Shown: positions 53,385 through 64,000 of the stretch, piece by piece
How positions within the stretch are numbered: position 1 is the stretch's first letter
Layout: every line of letters begins with the position of its first letter
Source of the DNA: Octopus bimaculoides
Lineage: Eukaryota
Assembly (NCBI RefSeq): GCF_001194135.2
Contig: NC_068983.1
Coordinates: forward strand, 67,079,245-67,143,244
DNA length: 64,000 nucleotides
Reading direction: 5' to 3'
Notes under the pieces: model-generated
Told to the model about the DNA's origin: nothing
Database searches by the model: none
The model's input: the letters and a program-made list of their open reading frames with translations, nothing else
Translations under genes and position numbers: made by a program

Positions 53385-55255
53385 ACTGTCAATGCCATAA
53401 TCTTCTAGTGTCTCTAACATTTCACACCTTATTTATCTGGCTCTAGATCTTTATCTTTTCTCATCTTTTTGATGGCATGTTCCCTGTCAGACTTTAAAAT
53501 CTTTGGTTCTATAATGTTGGATGGTAAAACTTTTCAGGCCTTTTATCTTAAAATAGATTTCCTTTGTACTCTGTTCAGCTTTTCATGATTTTTGTCTTTT
53601 TCAAAGAAGCAGTTTTCCTTTTTTGTTTATAATGTCACCCTTTGAACATTTCTGTCATTTCTTTCATAATCTTATACAGTTGTTGTTTTGGTCTGTGTGG
53701 AGATTCTTGATTTCATCTCATTTTTCTTTCAGCCAGCTTTGTTCCTCTTTCCTTCCTACATTTATTTTTGATGGTTTTGTTTATGTTTATGGGGTCAGTG
53801 TTCTTTGTCTTTTTGCATTCTGATATCAACTGGAGAATTTCTTCAGTCATTCATGGCTAGTGTTTCTTTTGCTTTTTCTATAGTAATGTGCTTACTCCAT
53901 ATTTCATATTGTCTTTCAGACTTCCTCACTTCACATAAATTTCTTTATTGGAAGTTTCGCAATGATATTTTTTTATATCTTCACTCACGAGCATTTCATG
54001 TTTGATATTAATCACCCTGCCAAAGCAACCTAAGGCCAATGAGTGCTATAACTTCAGGACTATTAGTCTCATGCCTTATGCTCTTAAAATATTTCTTACA
54101 GTCATACTAAGTAGAAATAAAAACAAAATAAATGCAGCAGTTGGTGAGGAGTAATTTGGATTTAGGACCAAACGAGGTACAAGAGATGCCATATTTTGTT
54201 TCAACATTCCAGTACAAAAGCAGATGCAAGTACAAAAAGATCCATTACCTGTTTCACAGATTATGTCAAGCCATTTAACTGCAAAAACTACCGAGAGCTC
54301 ATCACATCATTAGAAAAAGCCAGCTTAGAAGGAAAGGACAACAGAACCATCTGTTTGTTGTATTGGAACCAAAAGGTAGCTGTCAGAATAGACCAGGAAT
54401 TGTCAGACCTAGCAGAGATCAAAGGAGCTGTAAAATAAGAATTCATGCTATCTCTATACACATATATTTAGTGAGTCAAATCAGAGCAAAGGACTCACTA
54501 AATATCAAGGGCATGATATTAATAGTCAAGGGCATTAACACAAACAATATAAGATATAATACAACATTATTGACTGACAGTAATGAGAAATTATGAAAAT
54601 TGTTGATGATGTAAAAGAACAAAGTGACTAAAAGGATATAAATATGAATATATAAATCAAAGATAATGGTAATTAGTAATATTGAACCAAAGGAAACAAG
54701 TATAAAGGTAAATGGATAGGTTCATGAACAAGTAAAACACTCAATGTATTTAGAACAAATAATAACTCAGGAAGGTTGCAGTGAAGAAGTTTCTCAAAGA
54801 AAAAATAAGGCTAAAACAATATTTATGTGAATAATAAGCATAACACTGCAGCTAAAATTGAGGCTAGTTGTCTTCTCCAGGGCAGAAATTTGGGCAATGC
54901 GCACAGTTATAGAGTAAAACATGGAAGCTTCTGAGGTGTGCATGATTTTCAAATTGGGCAGGATAAGCTGGAATGACATGGTAACAATGCTACAGAATCA
55001 GAACAGCTGAAAGTCCAAAGAGACAAAACTATCATATTTTGGATATACAATGCATCACAGGTCACTGCCCAAGACCATCCTGAGTGGATGGTGTTGAGGG
55101 GAAGAGAACAAGAGGCCATCAAAGATGTTTAGACTGACAACATCAAAGAATAGAATGGAAACAAGAGCTTGGCTGATTGTATGCATGTAGCACGACATAG
55201 AGAGAACTATAGGATGTTAGAAAGCTAAACCCTGGAACAGGGAGGGTGCTCGTAC
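53385..55255. mobile_element. RTE-clade LINE with a 5' inversion: - strand 54000 to 53385 (linker to pre-RT), + strand 54002-55255 (RT to C-terminus)
   Basis: Minus strand: WMTEEILQLISECKK...EPKILKSDREHAIKKMRKDK..PDK-IRCEMLETLEDYGID. Plus strand: LILITLPKQPKANECYNFRTISLM...FGFRTKRGTRDAIF...CFTDYVKPFN...LYWNQKVAVRI...KLSYFGY..EGKRTRG. Many stops and frameshifts. Confidence 0.85.
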
Positions 55256-55280
55256 AATATATGTACTTATGTATGTAGTG

Positions 55281-55341
<61 letters not shown>

Positions 55342-55622
55342 ATATATATATAGTATGTATGATGAACTCTCCCATCGAAGTTCATATGTGAAGATTCAGC
55401 TTTTGCTGAATGACCTGCACATTAGCTCACTCTCTCTATCAAATCAAATTTGCTTGAACAGGTGCACAGTGTATCACACATCAGGTATTGAAGTGATCGC
55501 AGAGTAACCTGAGATGATGTGTTTTCTCAAGGAAACAATGCACCACCTGATCTGCGTATTGAAATCATGATCATTAGATCATGAATGCAACACTATAACC
55601 ACTAAGCCATGCACCCTCACTG

Positions 55623-55853
55623 TATCATCATCATCATCATCATCGTTTAACGTCCGCTTTCCATGCTAGCATGGGTTGGACGATTTGACTGAGGACTGGT
55701 GAAACCGGATGGCAACACCAGGCTCCAATCTAATTTGGCAGAGTTTCTACAGCTGGATGCCCTTCCTAACGCCAACCACTCAGAGAGTGTAGTGGGTGCT
55801 TTTACGTGTCACCCGCACGAAAACGGCCACGCTCGAAATGGTGTCTTTTATGT
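55623..55853 (-). mobile_element. (ATG)n-tailed retroposon copy (truncated by assembly gap)
   Basis: (cat)n cgtttaacgtccgctttccatgctagcatgggttggacg matches the family. Confidence 0.85.
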
Positions 55854-56733
55854 NNNNNNNNNNNNNNNNNNNNNNNNNNNNNNNNNNNNNNNNNNNNNNN
55901 NNNNNNNNNNNNNNNNNNNNNNNNNNNNNNNNNNNNNNNNNNNNNNNNNNNNNNNNNNNNNNNNNNNNNNNNNNNNNNNNNNNNNNNNNNNNNNNNNNNN
56001 NNNNNNNNNNNNNNNNNNNNNNNNNNNNNNNNNNNNNNNNNNNNNNNNNNNNNNNNNNNNNNNNNNNNNNNNNNNNNNNNNNNNNNNNNNNNNNNNNNNN
56101 NNNNNNNNNNNNNNNNNNNNNNNNNNNNNNNNNNNNNNNNNNNNNNNNNNNNNNNNNNNNNNNNNNNNNNNNNNNNNNNNNNNNNNNNNNNNNNNNNNNN
56201 NNNNNNNNNNNNNNNNNNNNNNNNNNNNNNNNNNNNNNNNNNNNNNNNNNNNNNNNNNNNNNNNNNNNNNNNNNNNNNNNNNNNNNNNNNNNNNNNNNNN
56301 NNNNNNNNNNNNNNNNNNNNNNNNNNNNNNNNNNNNNNNNNNNNNNNNNNNNNNNNNNNNNNNNNNNNNNNNNNNNNNNNNNNNNNNNNNNNNNNNNNNN
56401 NNNNNNNNNNNNNNNNNNNNNNNNNNNNNNNNNNNNNNNNNNNNNNNNNNNNNNNNNNNNNNNNNNNNNNNNNNNNNNNNNNNNNNNNNNNNNNNNNNNN
56501 NNNNNNNNNNNNNNNNNNNNNNNNNNNNNNNNNNNNNNNNNNNNNNNNNNNNNNNNNNNNNNNNNNNNNNNNNNNNNNNNNNNNNNNNNNNNNNNNNNNN
56601 NNNNNNNNNNNNNNNNNNNNNNNNNNNNNNNNNNNNNNNNNNNNNNNNNNNNNNNNNNNNNNNNNNNNNNNNNNNNNNNNNNNNNNNNNNNNNNNNNNNN
56701 NNNNNNNNNNNNNNNNNNNNNNNNNNNNNNNNN

Positions 56734-56771
<38 letters not shown>

Positions 56772-58067
56772 GGAGAATTTTATGATGAATTATTACACCT
56801 AATGTTGTCCCAAATTTGTTTCTATATTATACTTCTGGTATATACTGTTATTTTCATCTAATGCTGTTTGAAGTTTATACATTAATTCTATCCTGGCTGG
56901 CTTTTGCACAAATATGAGAATTTTTAGCATAAGTAAGCATGTCCTGAATATTTATAATCGAAGAGACAAAATATAGTGGAAACAGTGTATCAGGTGATCT
57001 ACTGGCATTCTGAGCAAAGCCCTATGCTTTTTAAGATACAGTTCTCTTTGAGAAGTTTCCCTGAGTGCAGCTCTATAATTGCATACACATTATAAATGTT
57101 GTACACACTAGTGTATACACACACACATACGTTTATACTTGCATGCATGTGTGTATGTATTTAATTTCAAAAAGTGAACTGAAGTAAATATTTTAAATGA
57201 ACTAATGACATGGATTTAGTTAATTCAAGTTGGTGGTGATGTAAGGAATAGCATATGCAAAAAATTCTTAATGAATTGGAATTTATCATTTAGTTGAAAA
57301 AATGAAAAATAGCCACTACTAATTGTTAGCAACTCTCAAAAAGAAGGGAAATTTTCAAGAAATTAAGATTCTAGGATATAAAAAGTAGAATTTTCAGTAC
57401 ATCATTACCTATCTGAATTATATATACTTAGATAAACACACATTTTGAATACATTCACCTATGCACACACAGCCATACACACACACACACAGTGTGCATG
57501 TGTGTGTGACTGAGATGCAATCACAATTTTAATTATCAATCTATCTACATGTCTAAATTTATATATACCAATATCAGAGGTTATTATAATTGTCTGCATT
57601 TATCATAGTACACATAGCTACATTTGGTTTTTTATTCACATAAGCAGTTTCTAGAGATGTTTTGTGACTATATTATATAAGGTGTTTACTCTTTCATGAT
57701 TAAATGGGAATAAAACATACTTGTCATCTGACAACACTGAAGCAAATTAAAATTTTGTGTGACACTTTTCCCACATGCAGATACATCAACCTATTTATAT
57801 CTGTGGTGAAAGCAACAAACATAACATTACATCAAAGTAAATATTTGGTTCTTTAAAATATGAAGCCTAGTGTATGTATGTGTATATTTACTGCCAACAG
57901 GCACTCTCATTCCATATTAAACCACAATTACCTCTCTCATTTCCACTTAGTCAGAGAGTGAACATGTGAGTTACCCACATGTGTTTTTCTTTGCTATTTT
58001 TTTTTCTTATCTCTTTAACTCTTGACTTTTTTTTTACCTTCTTTGAACATCAACCTAATAATAACTG

Positions 58068-59973
58068 AACACAAACAATGGACAATAATAACTGTTGTAA
58101 TTTAATCATCCATAGTCTGATATGATATTTCTGAATAAAAATTCCTTCTTCCCTAGGAATTGATGGAGTCGCTGCTATAATCTTCTGTCAGCCTCTTCAC
58201 GGGAGGATGTGAATATGAGGACTGCACCAACTGCCCCTAGACCAACTCAGGCAAAACAAAAGTCTTGACGTTGTCTCAATGTACACAACAGTGCCAGCAC
58301 ACTCAGCAGTCAACCTGTTGATTGACTGCATAATAGCATCCAACATCAAATACTTCGGACTTACCACAGCTGACATGCATCAACTTTTGTCCATCATCGT
58401 GGACAACACCTACTTCTCTTTCCAGGACCACATATACAAACAGAAAATAGGTCTCCCCATGGAATCCAGTTTCTCGGGCATACTGGCCGTAACTTATATA
58501 AACCATCTAGAACGTCAAGCACTCAACATCTGCTGCTCATGCGCCTTCTTCACCAGGTATGTAGATGCCATCCTCATACTCACATCCTCCTGTGAAGAGG
58601 CTGACAGAATATTCACGATGTTCAATAACATGAACATGAACAAAAAGTTCACTATAGAACATCCTGACATCACTGGATCACTATCATTACTTGACTTCAA
58701 ACTGAATATAACGGAAGAAGAGGAGATCCACATTGAGTTCTACAGGAAAGCAGCCAGTAGCGATATGTTTGTCCAGTACAATTCAGTACTTCCACTTGGT
58801 GCCAAAATAGGATACGCCAGAAATGAACTTGCATGCATCTAGGGCAAGTGCAGCAGGACAGAGGACAAAGTGACCTACACTACATGTTTCCTAGATATAT
58901 TGAAAACCAACAGGTTCCCTAGATCCATCGGCTTAAGTACCCAAGATGACCAGCATGCCAAACACATAGAAAACCCAGCAACACATGCTTCCTTAAAATA
59001 CCCCATTTTAGCGAGAGGATAACTACAGCCATATGAAGAGTCACAAGAAGAGAAGGGCTAGACATACAACTATCCCACTTCGGCCCCTCTCTGAGAAGAC
59101 ACCTCGCAAAGAAATGAACAAGGGACGACAATCAATGCACACTAACAAACTGTCCCATCTATGACACACATTTATGCCAATGGGTAAATGTTTTGTATAG
59201 AATACAATGTAACAAATGCAACAGGTTCCATGTGGGTAGCACAACAAGACCATTACACATCTACATCAAAGAACGTCTGAACATGAGAGCTTCCTCCTTA
59301 AGAAAACATCTAGACAGATGCCGGAACACTGACAAAAGCATAACAGACACAATTGCGGCCAATGAAAGAAATTTGGGTAATTTAAGAATTAAGGAAGCTA
59401 TACTCATACCCAGACTAGGGCCCCAAATTAACAACAGGCTGGAGGTTGGTAAGCAATATATTATTTAGCTACATCTGGATGCATGTAGGTTCATTTTTGA
59501 TAACATGCTCATGTATTGTTTGTAACAAAAAAAAAAAAGACAAAAAAAGAAGGGAAAAAGAGGAAGCTGCACGTATAGCATATAACTGAGAAGCAGCACT
59601 ACAGATGTGCCAGCACACATGAGACTGAGACATGGCTGACCTCACACACTTCTCATGAGGAATTCTGGAAGGAGCTTCGTGAGACCACTGCTGAGATGCT
59701 TCCGGGGGNNNNNNNNNNNNNNNNNNNNNNNNNNNNNNNNNNNNNNNNNNNNNNNNNNNNNNNNNNNNNNNNNNNNNNNNNNNNNNNNNNNNNNNNNNNN
59801 NNNNNNNNNNNNNNNNNNNNNNGGGGGGGGGGGACAGAAAAGCCATTGGAAAACCGATTATAGCAGCAACTCCATCAATTCCTAGGGATATCTGAAGAAG
59901 GAAATTTTATTCCAAAATATCATATCAGACTATGGATGATTAAATTACAACAGTTTAGTCCATTATTTGTATT
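58068..59973 (+). mobile_element. 5'-truncated Penelope-like retroelement (RT plus GIY-YIG endonuclease) with inverted terminal repeats
   Basis: RT: SLDVVSMYTTVP...FSFQDHIYKQKIGLPMESSFSGILA...TRYVDAIL...KFTIE..SLSLLDFKL...FYRK (58260-58842). GIY-YIG: YRIQCNKCNRFHVGSTTRPL...HL...LRIKEAILI...PQIN (59193-59468). 58068-58189 is the reverse complement of 59833-59973. YVDA for YVDD and the stops indicate it is inactive. Confidence 0.9.
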
Positions 59974-61535
59974 ATTGTGTATTGGTGTGTCATTCAAAAC
60001 ATTTTATTCTTTACAAACAATACACAATGCTTCAGTGAACTACAATACTCTCCAATAACTGAACATCCCTTGGACTTTTGTCGTTTTTTGTAATTGGTTT
60101 TCTTAATTGTACTTGATTTGCTTTATGTTATATATATATACAAAATATGAATCAATTAAGTATTGCTGATTGGTTGGAGGTGAATCTGTTTCTTCCACTA
60201 CTTCAGTAAATGATTGGACTCTTGTCACATACCTATAATGTATATGTTGGAACATTTTGTATCTATCAAATGAAATGATGTTTTCTAGTGTTACTAGATA
60301 GTATACATAAAAATTATGAATACAGATCTGTTTAACTAAAGCTGAATATTTAACTTTGTTTTACATTTCATTCTTTGTTATTTGGTTCCATTGTTTAATT
60401 ATTACCACATCCAAGTTGAAGTAATTTTTCAAATATTCCGATTGACTGGAACATTTGTTTTTATCCTTTTAGATTTTGGGTGATATACCTTGCATATATT
60501 TTGATTTGCTTTGTTTGTTTTGTGTTTTTGATCAGTTACATATTGTCACAGCAATTGCTCCCTCTATTAGATAACTTTTTTAGGGCTAATAAGTTAACCA
60601 CAAAATAGAAGTAGAAACTTATCTGTGTCAGCTTACTAGCAGTAGTTGAGTCACTGAGGTAGCTTTTTTGCAGTTGATTGGCCTCTTTGAAATAACAATC
60701 AAATCTTCTTCAATTTACTCACTATAATCTTAAATATAGAAGGGTACATTGGACTATGTTGTTAATAGGAATACCTTTAGTCATATGTTTGTTCAGCCAA
60801 AATTTTATCTGGAGTGGACAACAATAGCTGTAGTCAGCTTTACCTCATCATGGAACCATCAATAACGTTTAAAGTGTAATTTTCTTTTTTATATTAAATA
60901 GTTAATAGATAAATAAAAGCATTTTCAGTACAATTGAAAACCTACTTCTTTTCAGCAATATATTTTGGTGAAGTATATGTTTACAACGTAAATACATTAA
61001 ATATTACTAGTGAGATGGAGGTGTGGTTGGTTGTCATCTCCACTTAAAATTCTTGAACTTGTGTCACATATCTACAACAGTCTAATTTACTTACCAAACT
61101 ATTGGATATACAATTAAGAATAGCTTCTACTATAATTAAGGATAAATTATGTCTAAAGGTAACTGTTGACCTTTTGAATTCAAAAGAGTGATAAATTTCA
61201 AAGCATGAAGAAATTGACCTAGGTTGTGGAAGCAAGTATAGGGTGAACAGTTCACTTTATCTTATACACTATCATTAAATAGAAAGTAAATGGTAATCTA
61301 TAAGAAGGTAAAAACACCATGATGACACGTTTTAATCTTTAGAACTTCTTTGATTTCCATTCTTCAAGCTTGAATAAGCCTGATGTTCAACTGATTGTTA
61401 TTAAAAGCCTAATCATGACCAATTCCTTATAAACAGGAAATCTATTGTGTAAATGAAAATTTTCAGTGAATTGGAGGATATCAATTCTGAATTTAATTTT
61501 ACTGGTTTTTTTTTTTTTGTTTTTCTTCTTTCTTT

Positions 61536-62807
61536 GTAAAAAGTAAGCAACAATTTGAACCATGAAGAATTTGTACTGGATTTTTGCAGTTTTTAATTTT
61601 TTAAACATTTTTTTGCAACTGTCTGATAATACAGACATAGACTTGCCCAAATGCATCAATAAATTAACATTGATATTTTTTCACCATTGTTACAATCATC
61701 TGAAATGGAACTGTTAATGCGTGATATTTGAGCAATTTTGCTATTCAACTTCACAAAAGGATGTAAACCATTGAAACTTCTCACGATATCAATGAAACAT
61801 TTGGTAAGAAAATGACCAGTTAGTGGTCAGCTCGGAAATGATTTAAATGATTTTGCAGTGGGGACCTGAGCCTTGAAGATCATGAGCATAGTGGACAGCC
61901 ATCTGTCATTGATGACAGTCAATTAAAGACCATCATTGAGAAAGATCTACATAAAACCACTCAAAAACTGGCAAAAGAACTTCAAGTTAGCCAGAAAACT
62001 GTCTGCAACCATTTGCATGCAATCAGAAAATCAAAAAAAGCTCAACAAATGGGTACCACACAATTTGAATGAAAATCAGAAAATGCGCAGATATGAAATT
62101 TGCTCATCGCTTCTTCTCCAAACCAGACCAATCCATTTCTCAATCGTATTGTAACTTGCAATGAAAAGCGGATTCTGTACAATAATAAAAAGAAAAGTTC
62201 TTCGCAGTGGTTGGACCAAAATGAAGGACCGCAAACCTTTCTTAAACCCGACTTCTTCAAAAAGAAAGTTATGATGACTGTTTGATTGTGTACTGCTGGA
62301 CTCATCCACTATAAGTTTTTGAAATCCAGAAAAACCATTACTGCAGAAACATATTGCCATAAAATTGCCAAACTGGACGAAAAACTGCAACTTGTCCATC
62401 CCAGACTGGTCAACAGAAGAGCGCCAGTCATTCTTCATCACAATGCTCAACACATGTTTCACTAATGATGCCCCAGAAGTGGAGGGAACTTGGCTACGAT
62501 GTTCTTCCCCACCCAGCTTATTCCCCAGACCTTTCTCCTACCAACTACCATTTTTTCAAGCATGTTGATAGTTTCCTGTGAGAGGAGTTCAAAAATCAAA
62601 CCAATGTTGAAAGTGCATTCAAAGAGTTCACCAGCTCCAGAACTCCAGACTTTTATGTTACTGGAATAAACAAACTTGTAACTTATTGGCAAAAATGTGC
62701 TGATTGTAATGGTACTTACTTTGATGAATAAAATTTCCGTATTGTTGAAATATACTGTGATGAATTTCATGTTTCAAAACATTGCTTACTTTTTACTCAG
62801 CCTGATA
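61536..62807 (+). mobile_element. Near-full-length decayed mariner (DD34D, Mos1/Hsmar1-like) transposon
   Basis: TIRs gtaaaaagtaagcaa (61536) and ttgcttactttttactcagcctgata (62782-62807). Motifs KWVPHNL, IVTCNEKRILYNN, KKVMMTV, LHHNAQ, HPAYSPDLSPTNYHFFK and NGTYF are present. About 1.27 kb, with multiple frameshifts. Confidence 0.9.
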
Positions 62808-63907
62808 GTAATATTGTGTGTACCTACTTTAACTACCTTGATGGATCATTAGTTATTTAGCTTTCACTCAAGTTCACTAGTAAATTTATCAAGCATAACA
62901 GTGACTGACCAATGAACTATTTTTATTACCTGTTGTTCTATATTTGTTTTGTCACTAAGTACTTCAAGGAAAGAGACCAACAGACCTATTAACTTCCAGC
63001 CACGAAAATTGATATAAAGTTTTCTGAAAGTATTTAATTACTCTGTTTTAATGTTAGTATGAGTCCTTGTTAGGATAGAATGCCATATTTTTTCACATTA
63101 CTGCTAAACATGCACAGTATCTTTGTCATTGTAAGTCCTAAAATTGAAGTTGTTTGTCTAAAATGTTTATTTTGTGCGAATGAATCTAACTGGTGAGCCA
63201 TTCTTACCATTGACTTCCACAGTTCTGTAGGGATTTAAAATAATTGGTTAAGATCTCTCACACATACACTTTTTTTCCTTATTTCCTACACATCCACAAA
63301 AATAGACCTCTTGTAGATTTTTGATATGATAAGTTAATAGTAGTTAGATAGCATATGATTTGTGAATACAGGTTGAAAAATACATCATAATACAGTGAAA
63401 AATGATTTTTTAATACAATTTTAGTAAAAGTTAGGTGTGCGTATTTGCTTATTATACTAAGTAAGTTGAATAATTGTATTGTTGAAAAGTGCAATTAAAA
63501 TTGGCCTTGCAGAAAGAGAGAAATGTCTTCACTTAAGTCTAGCTGAATGAGATTAATTCAATGCTGTAGAAAATAATATTAAATGAATGCCTTTGAGTTA
63601 ACATTTCCTTTTGAGTAATGCACATGTGGTAAGAGATCATGGTACTAAAGTATAAGAAAAAGAATTTGACATGTGTTATTGAATTGTTTGAAATAGACAT
63701 TACGAAGATTTCTCAACTTATTACTTGATTCAAAACAGCTAAAAGAGCAGTAGTTCTGTTATGTCAAATGAAAACCAAACAGAAAGCTAACCACTAGCTA
63801 AGAGTGAGGTAGCACAAAATAGAAAATTTTGTCCATGACTGCTGAGTGAAAAATCAGAAAGGAAGAGCAAGACAAAACAGTTTGACTGTTATTTAAATAG
63901 TTTAAAG

Positions 63908-63945
63908 CAAAGGTTCTCAACCCATTTTGGCCAAAGGACCCCTTT
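63908..63945 (+). mobile_element. Possible hAT (Charlie-type) MITE terminus
   Basis: caaaggttctcaacccattttgg...ggacccc resembles hAT-Charlie termini (CAGTGGTTCTCAACC...GGACCCC). No partner end is in the window. Confidence 0.35.
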
Positions 63946-64000
63946 TGACCCTTGGAGTTACAAATGGCTGCTCTAGAAAATATTATTAGTTTTCAATATA

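Overview
Eukaryotic, strongly AT-rich draft-assembly DNA with six N gaps (692-1151, 17821-18307, 23856-23865, 33595-33604, 55854-56733, 59709-59822). The repeat content is tRNA-derived SINEs with an internal (TA/TG)n, an (ATG)n-tailed family, RTE LINEs, Penelope-like elements, mariner/maT/pogo relics and dense microsatellites. From memory this resembles an octopus (coleoid cephalopod) genome; that is an inference, not a database result. Almost the whole window looks like very long intron sequence. I can support one coding exon well (10394-10521, + strand, gene not recognised), plus a few weaker exon or microexon candidates. Nearly all ORFs in the supplied track are microsatellite, gap or chance ORFs, or transposon fragments. 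No CRISPR array, rRNA or intact tRNA was seen. The most interesting signals are: (1) several hammerhead-ribozyme-like motifs tied to Penelope-type repeats, including a tRNA-SINE fragment with a hammerhead tail, a tandem double-core island and a retrozyme-like direct-repeat unit; (2) a high density of fold-back structures that could form dsRNA in a pre-mRNA; (3) unusual transposon architectures, namely a 5'-inverted RTE LINE with twin-priming geometry, a mariner derivative built from two left ends, and RTE copies with a PHD-like finger inside the RT; (4) a 21-nt microexon candidate with a UGC-rich polypyrimidine tract. All alignments and folds were done by eye.
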